From the NCBI RefSeq assembly GCF_004010195.1, contig NC_057719.1, positions 11,357,822 through 11,421,821 of the forward strand: DNA of 64,000 nt. The letters are read 5' to 3'. The translations under genes and the position numbers were made by a program. This document shows positions 53,070 to 63,286 of the stretch, piece after piece. The notes beneath the pieces were generated by a model that saw only the letters and a program-made list of their open reading frames with translations, did no database searches and was not told the DNA's origin. Positions within the stretch are counted from its first letter, which is position 1, and every line of letters begins with the position of its first letter. The DNA comes from Chiloscyllium plagiosum (taxonomy: Eukaryota).

Positions 53070-53214
53070 CAGGAATAAATATTTTATTCCTGATGAAGGG
53101 CTTTTGCCCGAAACGTCTTTTTTCCTGCTCCTTGGATGCTGCCTGAACTGCTGTGCTCTTCCAGCACCACTAATCCAGAATCTGGTTTCCAGCATCTGCA
53201 GTCATTGTTTTTAA
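53070..53214 (+). mobile_element. PLE pLTR fragment inserted in a SINE tail
   Basis: 13-bp TSD ccaacaagtccat at 53057-53069 and 53215-53227. Short inverted start catcaggaataaa / tttattcctgatg. Confidence 0.85.
53086..53117 (+). ncRNA. Hammerhead core with the helix I 3' strand lost
   Basis: attc CTGATGA a gggc tttt gccc GAAA cgt c, followed by a T run instead of gatt/gaat. Confidence 0.6.
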
Positions 53215-53342
53215 CCAACAAGTCCATGCCGACCCTTTTTTTCCTTACAGAAAAAAAGTCAGTCACAAACCAAAAAAGAACAGAAATTACTGGAGAAACT
53301 CAGCAGGTCAGACAATAACCGTGGCAGGGAAAAAAAAAGCAG

Positions 53343-53380
53343 AGTCAACGTTTCGAGTCCAATGACCTTTCTTCAGAACT
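53343..53380 (-). ncRNA. Hammerhead motif with a weakened helix II base
   Basis: Minus strand reads agtt CTGAAGA a aggtc attg gactc GAAA cgt t gact, within a PLE fragment at ~53270-53430. Confidence 0.55.
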
Positions 53381-53537
53381 GATAGCTCAGAACTTCAGAC
53401 CTGCTGAGTTTGTCCAAACAGTTTCTCTTAGATTCAGACCTGTTCAAAAGCTACAAATATGCTTCCTTTGCAGTCAGGGCCTAGCGCTACAGTTGCTGGC
53501 GATCACGTTAAATGCCGCTCGCCTGCAGTGCACTTAC

Positions 53538-53650
53538 CAACTACTGTCATCACCCACCTTCGCCCTCTGACACTTGAATACCCCACCCCTATCCCATGCA
53601 GATGGTGGAACATTCCACCCGCGCGAGGTGCACCGGGACTTGTAGTCATC
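53538..53650 (-). other. ADCK1: Putative ADCK1 first exon (5' boundary unknown)
   Basis: Consensus minus-strand donor TTG|GTAAGTG at 53538/53537, inside the CpG-rich region facing away from SNW1. Splicing to 5495 would give a ~48-kb intron. Inferred; no transcript evidence. Confidence 0.6.
53635..53647 (-). promoter_or_regulatory. ZNF143/THAP11-type motif GACTACAAGTCCC
   Basis: Matches ACTACAnnTCCC, a motif enriched at vertebrate bidirectional housekeeping promoters. Confidence 0.65.
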
Positions 53651-53949
53651 TTTAGTCTTGCCTGTCGTTTGTGTCTAACAGACTTCCCGGTGGAGATAAA
53701 CTACAACATGTCTAACCTACGGTCAAACGGTGGAAACCCAGCCCGGCTTTTTACATTTTAGTTCACTAGACCGGGTGAGAATCGCTCGTAACGAGGAAAT
53801 GTAAACATTGAAATTTATCAGAAAACAAACATCAATCAAAAAAAGGTCATGAGACCGACTGGAACCCGCCAACGGAAGGGATGTCGGCGACTATAACAGG
53901 AATGGTGGAGCCTCGGGAGGGCAGACGTAAAGGCGTCAAGGGACGCTGA

Positions 53950-53957
53950 TGACGTCA
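53950..53957. promoter_or_regulatory. CRE (CREB/ATF site) TGACGTCA
   Basis: Perfect palindromic CRE about 110 bp upstream of the SNW1 ATG. Confidence 0.7.
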
Positions 53958-54020
53958 GAAGGAAGGGGAGAGGTGGGTACGTGATGACACCATACGCAAA
54001 AGTCTGGGAGGTGTGCGGCG

Positions 54021-54028
54021 TGACGTCA
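54021..54028. promoter_or_regulatory. CRE (CREB/ATF site) TGACGTCA
   Basis: Second perfect CRE about 40 bp upstream of the SNW1 ATG. Confidence 0.7.
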
Positions 54029-54060
54029 GACGTACGGTGGCTGCAACTTTCCGGAGGAAA

Positions 54061-54074
54061 ATGGCGCTGACGAG
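54061..54074 (+). CDS. SNW1: SNW1 (SKIP/Prp45 splicing factor) coding exon 1
   Basis: ATG GCG CTG ACG AG|gt encodes MALT(S), matching the vertebrate SNW1 N-terminus as I recall it. The 14-nt exon joins exon 2 in phase 2 and lies in the CpG-rich promoter region. Confidence 0.9.
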
Positions 54075-54859
54075 GTTGTTGTTTCTCTGTTGTATGTGTT
54101 TTGATTGTTTTAATTCCCGTGTTGATTCGACCCCAAATCCCATCAAACGTTTCTTTTCCTCTCCCCTCCTCGTCTTGTTATAAGGCGCGACTTCAGACGG
54201 ATCTGTGTCTCCGGAATCTCTCTGGCTTTCAATGAAGCCCCTTTTCGTCTTCTCCGACTAGGCCCAACAAAGCCTCGCCTTTACCTATTGCCCATTCCTA
54301 GTTTGAAGAAGTAAGAAGCATTGGGAGGAGAGCAGTTGAAAATATCATACTTGAAGTTACTTTTGTTTCTGGTGTTGTGACAGGAGAACCATCAGATTTA
54401 AAGGGACTATTAGTTTGTTAACGAGTAACTGGATTGATGAATGGTGGAACTTAGCCTTGATATGGATGTCTTTTTAGCGTTTTAAATGTTATATTTCTAC
54501 TCAAAATTTAATGTTGTAATTCAGTCGCTTTAGTATTTAACAATTCTGTACTTAGGTGCTGTTTGCCTTCATTCAAATGGTTTACTGATTTAACTTTAAG
54601 GTTTTGTTCTTAAATGTACCACTTAGGATATGTGTAATAAATATAGTGTTACCACATAGTTGCTGCCATGGTAACCGTCACCCAAACCAAAGAGTGCAAT
54701 ATTGGCAGTCATCAAAAATGAAATGCCATAAAAGGTTATAAAGTGATATAGGGGAATGAGATGAATTCAGTAGCTTTCACAGAGCTTGCAGATGCCTGAT
54801 GGACTCTCATATTGCTTGAGTAAGCATGGTTCAAATCCATATCCAACAGTGACTATAGT

Positions 54860-55012
54860 GTCACGATTAGAGTGGTGCTGGAAAAGCACAGCAGGTCAGG
54901 CAGCATCCGAGGAGCAGGAAAATCGACGGTTCAAGCAGGAGCTCTTCATCAGGAATGAGGCTGGGAGCCTCTAGGGTGGAGAGATAAATGGGAGAAGGGT
55001 GGGGCCGGGGAG
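54860..55012 (-). mobile_element. PLE pLTR fragment in SNW1 intron 1, hammerhead decayed
   Basis: Similar to 24120-24235: gctggaaaagcacagcaggtcaggcagcatc ... cttcatcaggaatgaggctgggag. Confidence 0.75.
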
Positions 55013-55079
55013 AATTTCAACTTCAGTTTGAGGATGAAAAATTTGAGTCCCACCTTAGTGTTCTGGTGTTAAGCAAAAA

Positions 55080-56480
55080 TAATTGCATAGGCATGAGGAC
55101 AGTTTGAATGGATAAGCCAGAAAGGTAGGACAGTTGATGAATAGTGGTAGATATTGAAGGAGATGTTTGGTTTCTCCAAAGTATATTCCAGTGAGGAAGA
55201 AGTAATGTAGGGGGAGGCTGGGAAGCATCTATGCATAAGCAAGGACATAACGATACCATAAAAGCTAAGGCATGCTATATTGTAAAGGTCAGTCACTGGT
55301 TAGAGTACTGGAAAACTTTTAAAGAGCATCAAAGGGTTACTAAAGAAGTATAAAACGAACAAAATTAAAGTATGAATGAAGACTAGCAGAAAATATAAAA
55401 ATCGCTAGCAAAGCCTTCTAAACATATATAAAAACAAAGTGAGTAGCTAAAGTCAATCCTCATTACGTAGAGGACAAGATTGAGAAGATTATAATGGAGA
55501 ACTCAAAAATAGCAGGGACATCAAATCAATATTTTGTCTCAGTTTCATAGTGGAGATTACTGAAACCATCCCAATAGTAAAAAATGAAAAGGTTATAGAA
55601 AAAGAGAAATTTAATTCATTCCTAATCACTAGGGAAAAGTTACCGAGCAAACTATTGGCATTAAAGTCAAACAAGCCCCCAGGGCCTGATGGCCTACATT
55701 ATAGGATCCTAAAGAAAGTGGCAGCAGAGATAGTGGATGCATTGATTATAATATTCCAAAATTCCCTGATTTCAGGAAGGTTCCACTGGATTAGAAAACT
55801 GCTCAGGTAACACCATTTATTAAAAAATGGAGGACGACAGAAAGTGGGGAATTATAGATGTTAGTTTAACGTCTGTCACAAAATTATTGAAATTCGTTAT
55901 TAATGAAGTAGTAACAGGACATTTGGAAAGTCAAAACCGAATTCAGCGTCAGAAGGGTAAATCCTATTTAACTGATTTGCTAGAGTTCTTCAAAGACATG
56001 AATCACAGAAAACTAGTATGCAGGTTCAGCAGGTAATAAGGAAGATAAATGGAACTTTAGCATATGTTGCTAAAGGAATAGAGTGTTAAAATAATGATGT
56101 GTGATTGCAACTGTACAAGGCATTGATGAGACCGTATCCAAAGTACTCTGTACAGTTTTGTTCCTCTTTCTTGATAAAGAATGTATTTGAATGGAGACAG
56201 TTTAAAGAAGGTTCACTATATTAATTCCAGAGATGAAAGTCCTTGTGTGTGATGAGAGATTGGGCAGATCAGGCCCATACTCGCTAGGTTTCAGGCATCT
56301 ATTTGTGGTATATAGGATGCTAATGGGGTTCAACAAAGTAGATGTATAGAAGATGTTTCCTCTCGTGGGCAAATTTAGAACCATAGATCATAGTCTTAAG
56401 CTAAGAGGTGGCAGATTTAAAACAGGTGAGGTGCAGTTATTTCTTTCAAAAGCATCAGGAATCTGTGGAATCTTTGATTT
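55080..56480 (+). mobile_element. Decayed CR1 in SNW1 intron 1
   Basis: KPPGPDGLHYRILK and KSYLTDLLEFF. Confidence 0.8.
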
Positions 56481-56489
56481 GATTTTAAT

Positions 56490-57080
56490 GTTGATCTTAA
56501 GGTACAGAGAAAAGTATCCAGGCAAATCAGACCATACATAAGTACTTCAGGGGAATAGAACAGAATGCAAAATATAGTGTTACAGCTACCAAGAAGGTGC
56601 AGAGAAAGATCAATTTTAGTATATGAGAATTCCCTTCAAAAGCTTAATAACAGCAGGGCAGAAGCTGTTCTTGAATCTGTTGGTGCGTATTTTCAAACTT
56701 TTGTATCTTCTGCCGGATAAAAGACAGTGGAAAAAGATGTAACTGGGGTGGAGGGATTTTTGATTGTGTTGGCTGCTTTCCCGAGGCAGGGGTAAATATA
56801 GATGGAGACATTGGATGGAAGGCTGGTTTGTGAGATGGTCTGGGTTGCGTTCAGAACTCTTTGTAATTTTTTGCAGTCATGGGCAGGGCAGTTGCCATAC
56901 CAAGCTGTGATGCATCTGGATAGGATGCTTTCTATGGTATGTCTGCAGAAATTGATAAGAGTCATTGTGAAATGTTAAATTTCCTTAGCCTTCTGGATAA
57001 ATAGAGGTGTTGGTGTGCTTTCTTCACTGTAGTGTTAACATGGGTGGAGCTGCCAGATTGTTGGTGGTCTTTACTCCTTG
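56490..57080 (-). mobile_element. Rex1/Babar-like LINE 3' end
   Basis: LINFCRHTIESILSRCITAWYGNC...KKLQRV, typical of the Rex/Babar post-RT region. Confidence 0.7.
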
Positions 57081-60000
57081 AAATCTGTCATGCGTGCTGG
57101 GCACTGAATAAATTCAAGAAGATAGACAGACTTTTAATTAATAATGGGTTAAAAGTTTATTGGGAGAGTACAAGGTATTGCATTTGAGGCCAAGATGAGA
57201 TCATCATGACAGTAATAAAATGCAGAGCAGACAACAGCAGGGAACTGAATTTCCAACTCTTAACATTTTAAATTTATGTTTAGTTTCCTTTTTTGGAATG
57301 TGATTTTGTTTGCTGTCTCAACTGGGAGTGGAAGTAAATGTCCATTGCAGAATCAACTGCATCTATGTTTAAAGCACAATTAACCTTATTATGTTATATT
57401 TCTACAAACATCTATTATTTGTATTGGTAATGTGAGCTTGCAGAGAGTGAATGCATTTGAACAAAACAAGATTACCAAAGAAAAATTGTTGACCGTATCA
57501 ATCAGGTTATGACTAAACCTTCAGTTTGCTTATTTCCCTTAAGACAGTTTGTGTGGTAAAGTATGTTTGGTTCACAAAGCCAAGAGAGTGTTTCTTAAGG
57601 GCATTATTCATCTGAAAACTCAATTATTTTCTTATGGTGAAAGATACTCTTAGTGGATTCATCATGGAATTCCCGATTTGTAAAATCATTTTTATTGAAT
57701 ATTTGATAAATTACAGTTCTGCATAGTTTGTACCAGATTATCTTTGATACAGGGATTGAAAGGGTGGAATTTGTTTCAGGAGTGATGTTCTAAAATCTTT
57801 CAGCTGACCTATCAGTTTACCAAACAAAGTTTACTATTTTACCAACATTTACAATGTTTTATGCCAGGCTTGTGCCCAGACCTGCTTGTCATAGATTATG
57901 CATTGCATCTCCTTTAGGAAAAAGGATTTTGCATAACTGCATATCTCTTTTTTTTTCTTCTTAAATTTGTTCAGGGGATATGAGTGCTGCTGGCAAGACT
58001 ATCATTTCATGCACGTTATTAATCTTGAGATAATGATGGTGAGTCGCCTTCTTGACTGACAGCAATCCATGTGGCATGGGTACATCGACACTCCTATAGG
58101 ATAGTAGTCCCAGGGTTTTGACCCAGCGACTATGAAGCAGTAGTGATTATAGTGCCAAGTCAGCACAGTGTGTGGCTTGGAATACAATCTGTGAGCAATG
58201 GCAACATTCCCTCTGTGGCTATGCAGTCAATGTGAAGCTCCACACATGTTGAATGGTCTGCTGATGCATGACTTCTACTTCTAAATGTGTTGTTACACAG
58301 GGACCTCAGAGGTCCGTGAGGCAAGAAGAAAAATCAGAGGAAATTTTGGATGGTCTTGTCCCATACAGCTGCTGTCTTTATCCTTCTGGATGATAGAGGC
58401 GACAGTGTATATTGTAGATGGTGTATTCAGCTGCCGCTGTGCATCAGTGAGAGTGTGAATGTTTAAAGTGTTAGATGGGGTGCCATCTAACCACAGTATT
58501 TATATTGCTAGTCCAATTCTTAGAACATTGGACAGTACAGGCCCTTCGATCCTCGATGTTTTGCCAGCCTTCTATTCTACTATAAGATCAGACTAACCTA
58601 CATACCCTTCATTGCACTAACTTCCATCTGCGTCTCCAAGAGTTGCTTAAATGTCCCTAATGTATCTGACTCTACTACAACTGCTGGCAGTGCATTCCAT
58701 TCACCAACCATTGTGAGTCAATCATCTCAATTGGAGGACATTGTTGCTGCAGTTCATTAGGGTGGTATCCCAAGCCCAATCATCTTCAGCTGCGTCTTCC
58801 CTTCAAAACATTAGAAGTGCGAATGTTCATTGATGATTACAGAGTATTACTTTGATAACTCAGATAGAGAAGTAGTCTGTACCTGCATGCAGCATGACCT
58901 GGTCACATTTTTTTTTTTGTTAGATGACATTTGTGCCACACAAGTTACCAATAAGAGTGGATCTTCCCTTAGCATTCTGCGGCAATACTGTTCCACAATG
59001 CTCCACTATTAACAGGATCTGAATTCTTGGCAGCATTTTCCTATGTACTGGTTTTTAACTCCAACTAGTGAAGAATTTTCCCCAATTTCCCTTTTGCTTG
59101 GACCGCTTGATGTCATACTTGTCTTAAGCCAGAGGACAGTCGCTCTCATCTTTGGAGTTGGCTATTTTATTTGTGTTTGGACCAAGGTGGTGATAAGATC
59201 TGAAGCCAAGTGAATTTGAGCATCAGTTATTTACAATAATTTTGCTACTGATAGCCCACGGAGCTTCACGGATGCCCAATTTTCAACTGCTGGATCTCTT
59301 CTGAATCTACTTCATTTAGTATGGTGGTGCCATATAACATATTGAATGTTTACCATGATACACGAGGACTATGTATTAATCATTCCTACCAATGCTTTTG
59401 TTCTTGGATTCATCTTTGAAAGGGAAATTGTAGATGATGTTGAGTGGGTCTTCCCTTTTTTTTTTTGTTCTCTCACCACCTGCCACAAGCCTTGTCTGGC
59501 ATCTATGTCCTTTAGGGCTCTAAGCTTGCTCAATGGTACTACTTGCCAAACCACTGTTAATGATGAGCATAGAAGCTCCACATCATAGAACATTGTGTCC
59601 TTACTACCGTCATGTTGCTTCCAAGTTGTTGTGACGTAGAGCAGCACTGATTTATCAGCTGAAGTAGTACCAGAACCAGCTGAAAGTTTCCTTGCCCATG
59701 TAACCACCTAAGAACTGGAGTGAGCATTAGGACACCTAGTCTACTCCCTGTCCACTGTACATCACTGAGCGTTTCAACTCTGTGTCATCAGCAGGACAGT
59801 CCGAATGTGGATGGTGACAGAATCTGTAATATTGGCTGTCAGGTATGACTTGGTGAGGATGATTCAAGAATGGCACTTGACTGGTCTATGGGCAGTTCTT
59901 CCAAAATTGGCACAAAACTCCCACTGGAGATTTTGGAAGGTTGACTGGGCTTGCCATGATTGGATCTAGTGCCTAAGGGCTGCCAAGTGGTTCATCTGGT

Positions 60001-60279
60001 TTAGTTTTCTGTAATGATTAATGTAGCTGAACAGATTGCTTGACCGTTTCAGAGGGCATGTTGTTTGTGGATCTGGAATTGCATGTAGGCCAGACAATGT
60101 AAGGACAGCAGACAAATCACGCTTACATATCATTTGTCCAGGCCTCTAGATTGCGAGCCCGGAAATCTCACCACTGATGACTTTCATAGCTAATTAATCC
60201 TTTTGCACCAGTAGTACTGGCATTTTTGTGAATGTTGATTGGAACAGTGAAAATAATGGTTCTTTTCTTTACTTTCAAG

Positions 60280-60433
60280 TTTTTTACCTGCACCAACCCA
60301 GCTGTCCCAGGATCAGCTGGAAGCTGAGGAAAAAGCTCGCTCCCAAAGAGTTAGACAGACCGCTTTAGTGGCATCGAGGAGAGAACCTCCCCCGTATGGA
60401 CACAGAAAGGGATGGGTTCCTCGCACTTTGGAG
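60280..60433 (+). CDS. SNW1: SNW1 coding exon 2
   Basis: Polypyrimidine tract and ttcaag| acceptor, GAG|gtaac donor, 154 nt. Encodes (S)FLPAPTQLSQDQLEAEEKARSQRVRQTALVASRREPPPYGHRKGWVPRTLE. Confidence 0.97.
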
Positions 60434-60957
60434 GTAACATCTGCAATGTCTTGGCTTGAGCAATTGCAATTTATTCAGTATCACAAGACTCGTACTTAAA
60501 CTAAATATTTAGCCGCAACGCTAATTAATTGCAACAAAGTAAATCTTGATGCTTATTTGTATCTTTAGCACTGCCAACTATTGTGGCAGAGGTAGAATAT
60601 CTTTCAATGAACTGCAGGTGTTCAGTTTTATTCACAAATGCTGCAGATTATCACAGGCAGGAGACTATATTTTAGCACTTTTTTATTTCTATGAAATGTT
60701 TAATTGCTTTTTTGAACACATTGGCCATTCATATATTGAGGTGAGCCGATAATGCACAGTAGGCAATCATGTGACAGCACAAAATAAGACAAAACACTAG
60801 AAGTGCATTGTAAGTTTTTCAATGTTCGAAAATCCAAGGTATGTCTGATGTCAAATATATCAGAACAGATTTTAGGTTTCCAGTGTTTTTTTAAGAAACT
60901 GCCAGTATTTGAGGTTCTTTTATTACCCTTACCCCAACATGTCTTATTTATAATTAG

Positions 60958-61170
60958 GGGAGAAAGTGAGGTCTGCAGATGCTGGAGATCAAAGTTGAAA
61001 CTTTATTGCTGGAACAGCACAGCAGGTCAGGCAGCATCCAGGGAACAGGAGATTCGACGTTTCGGGCACAGGCCCTTCTTCAGGAACGGCCTGTGCCCGA
61101 AACGTCGAATCTCCTGTTCCCTGGATGCTGCCTGACCTGCTGTGCTGTTCCAGCAATAAAGTTTCAACTT
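60958..61170. mobile_element. Young PLE-derived fold-back element in SNW1 intron 2
   Basis: Perfect 83-bp arms at 60992-61074 and 61088-61170, plus a 34-nt extension. 15-bp direct repeat cttatttataattag at 60943-60957 and 61168-61182. Confidence 0.92.
61052..61087 (-). ncRNA. Minimal type-I hammerhead ribozyme motif (PLE), intact
   Basis: Minus strand reads gttc CTGAAGA a gggc ctgt gccc GAAA cgt c gaat. Helix III palindrome ACGT, GUC cleavage triplet. Confidence 0.85.
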
Positions 61171-62726
61171 ATTTATAATTAGATCATATTAAAGTGCAAA
61201 ACAAGAATTTATAATTTAACATGGCAATTCTTTGTGTAGAATCAATTTTATGTCCTGGATCTTCCTCCTTCATATTGTTGCTGTTGTAGATTTTGGTGAA
61301 ATACTGTTCATTCACTATACTTCTATTGGCTAAAATCTGAGCCATAAAAACATAAATTTTTACTCTTCTGAAATTAAAATCTCAATTACTGGAGAAACTC
61401 GGGTGTAATAGCATAAGATAAGAGAGAAACAAGAGTTAACATTTTGAATCTAATGTGACTTCTTCAGAAGCTTTGAGTCTCTGGATGCAAAAGGTCTTTC
61501 TCCACAGATACGACCAGATCTGTTGAGTTTTTCCAGAACTTCGTATTTTTGTTTCGATCTCCAGCATCCAAAGTAATTTATTTTTATTTGACTATCATTC
61601 AAATTGCTTGGCTTATATCAGTGCATATTATGATTGAAGGGTTCCATGCAATGTACTGTCACGTCATCATCTTCAGCTGCACAGCTGCTCCTTGACTTTG
61701 AGAGACTAAACTTGAAGCTCTTCAGGTCAGAGTGTGTTCAATGCTGAGGAACATAATACTATCTCAAACTGCGATGGAGCTTAGTGGATGCAGTCCTGAG
61801 AAAATCACTACATGGTATGTGACTAATAAAACAACAGTGCTCCCAATTACAGTCCCTGTACATTTGGCAATATAGCCTGATAACCTCCCGCTTTACACTG
61901 ATACAAATGCAGGTCCTTGAAGCTCCTGATTTCCATCACTCATTACTCCCTGTTTTTCTAAAATGCAACAATCAGATTGAGCACATTTTTATGTTTATCG
62001 CAGTGCCCCATCAAAGGGTTCTTGTAATGCAGTGGTAGTGTCCCTACCTCTGAGCAAAGAGGCCTGGGTTCAAGTCTTCCCCCCCACCCCCCACTCCAGA
62101 GATATGTAGGTCAATTGGAAAATATCCAAAGCTTTATCAGAAGAAGGTGGGTCAGCTGTTCCTGTACTCAAATCAGGTTAACCTTTTATATTGGGGTAAA
62201 CATCTAAACAATTGATTTCATGTGCAAAGGGAAGCATATCAATAAATATAAGGGCCTTTCAACATCTTATGCAAAAAAAAAGTTTCAATTTTCCAAATAG
62301 CCTCCCAAGAAAGTTAATGGAGGAGTTATGGCAACAGTCGCTATAATTAGATAGGGGTACGTTGCTTGGAGAGTGCATTGTTTGAAAACTGCATTGGGGT
62401 CACTGTGAGAAAGAAAACTACCTGGATATCACTGTTTGTTACCTTGAAGAATGTGATAACTTTGGCCAAATGTATAATTGTGAGAATCAATAGGTAATAC
62501 TTGGGAGTTAGCACTAGTTACACTATGAGACAAAATCTGCGTGCTGTTCCTGTGGTTACTTTTATAAAAATAAAAGCTTTTCATTTCCAAAATAAATATG
62601 ATAATGTTAAGTATGCTTCATATAATGTAAATGGCCGTAATTAATTTGCCCTGCACCATCTTGCATGTGACTTGCGTTTCCCGGTGTTTGATGATTTAAG
62701 ATTTGGTGTTTATTTTCTTCTTCCAG

Positions 62727-62888
62727 GATTTTGGCGATGGAGGTGCATTCCCAGAGGTCCACATGGCACAATTTCCATTGGAAATGGGTCGCAAGAAAAA
62801 GGCATCCAATGCATTGGCTATTCAAGTGGATGCAGAAGGAAAAATCAAATTTGATGCCATTGCTAGACAAGGACAGTCAAAAGACAAG
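62727..62888 (+). CDS. SNW1: SNW1 coding exon 3
   Basis: ttccag| acceptor, AAG|gtacc donor, 162 nt. Encodes DFGDGGAFPEVHMAQFPLEMGRKKKASNALAIQVDAEGKIKFDAIARQGQSKDK, including the DFGDGGAFPE motif of SNW1/Prp45. Confidence 0.98.
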
Positions 62889-63190
62889 GTACCACAATAT
62901 GCATCATGCTGTCAGTCCAATTCCTATCCACTGACCTGTTAAATTACCGTCTTCCATTTCTAGCAGCAGAATTGAAGTACCATCTGGGCAGTTCGTATTA
63001 ATGTGAATTAATGCTCCAACATTCAGTTTTTTGCGCTGTCCCAACCAATGTTTCTTTAAATTACACAACATCTGTGAAGTGATGGGTAATGGGTTCCATC
63101 TTTCATTAGAATATTTGTTATACAGTTCTGAGACAAACTGAAATAGCTTTTACTGATAGTTGAAAAACAATTTATTTCTTCCCTGTACAG

Positions 63191-63286
63191 GTGATCTACA
63201 GCAAGTTTACAGATCTGATTCCAAAAGAAATTATCAACGAAGATGATCCTGAATTGCAGAGACCTGACGAAGATAGTATAAAGGAG
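63191..63286 (+). CDS. SNW1: SNW1 coding exon 4 (gene continues beyond the window)
   Basis: tacag| acceptor, GAG|gtatgt donor, 96 nt. Encodes VIYSKFTDLIPKEIINEDDPELQRPDEDSIKE. Confidence 0.97.

Larger units (their letters stand above)
53480..54280. promoter_or_regulatory. CpG-rich bidirectional promoter for SNW1 and ADCK1
   Basis: CpG is visibly denser than in the flanks. Contains two full CRE sites, an ACTACAnnTCCC motif, an ETS-like TTCCGG (54049-54054) and a YY1-like AAAATGGCG overlapping the SNW1 ATG. Confidence 0.8.

Noticed and set aside
54075..54080. Weak SNW1 intron 1 donor (AG|GTTGTT) as a sign of a pseudogene or minor-class intron
   Set aside because: GT is present, phase and coding sequence match exon 2, and it is not the U12 GTATCCT consensus.
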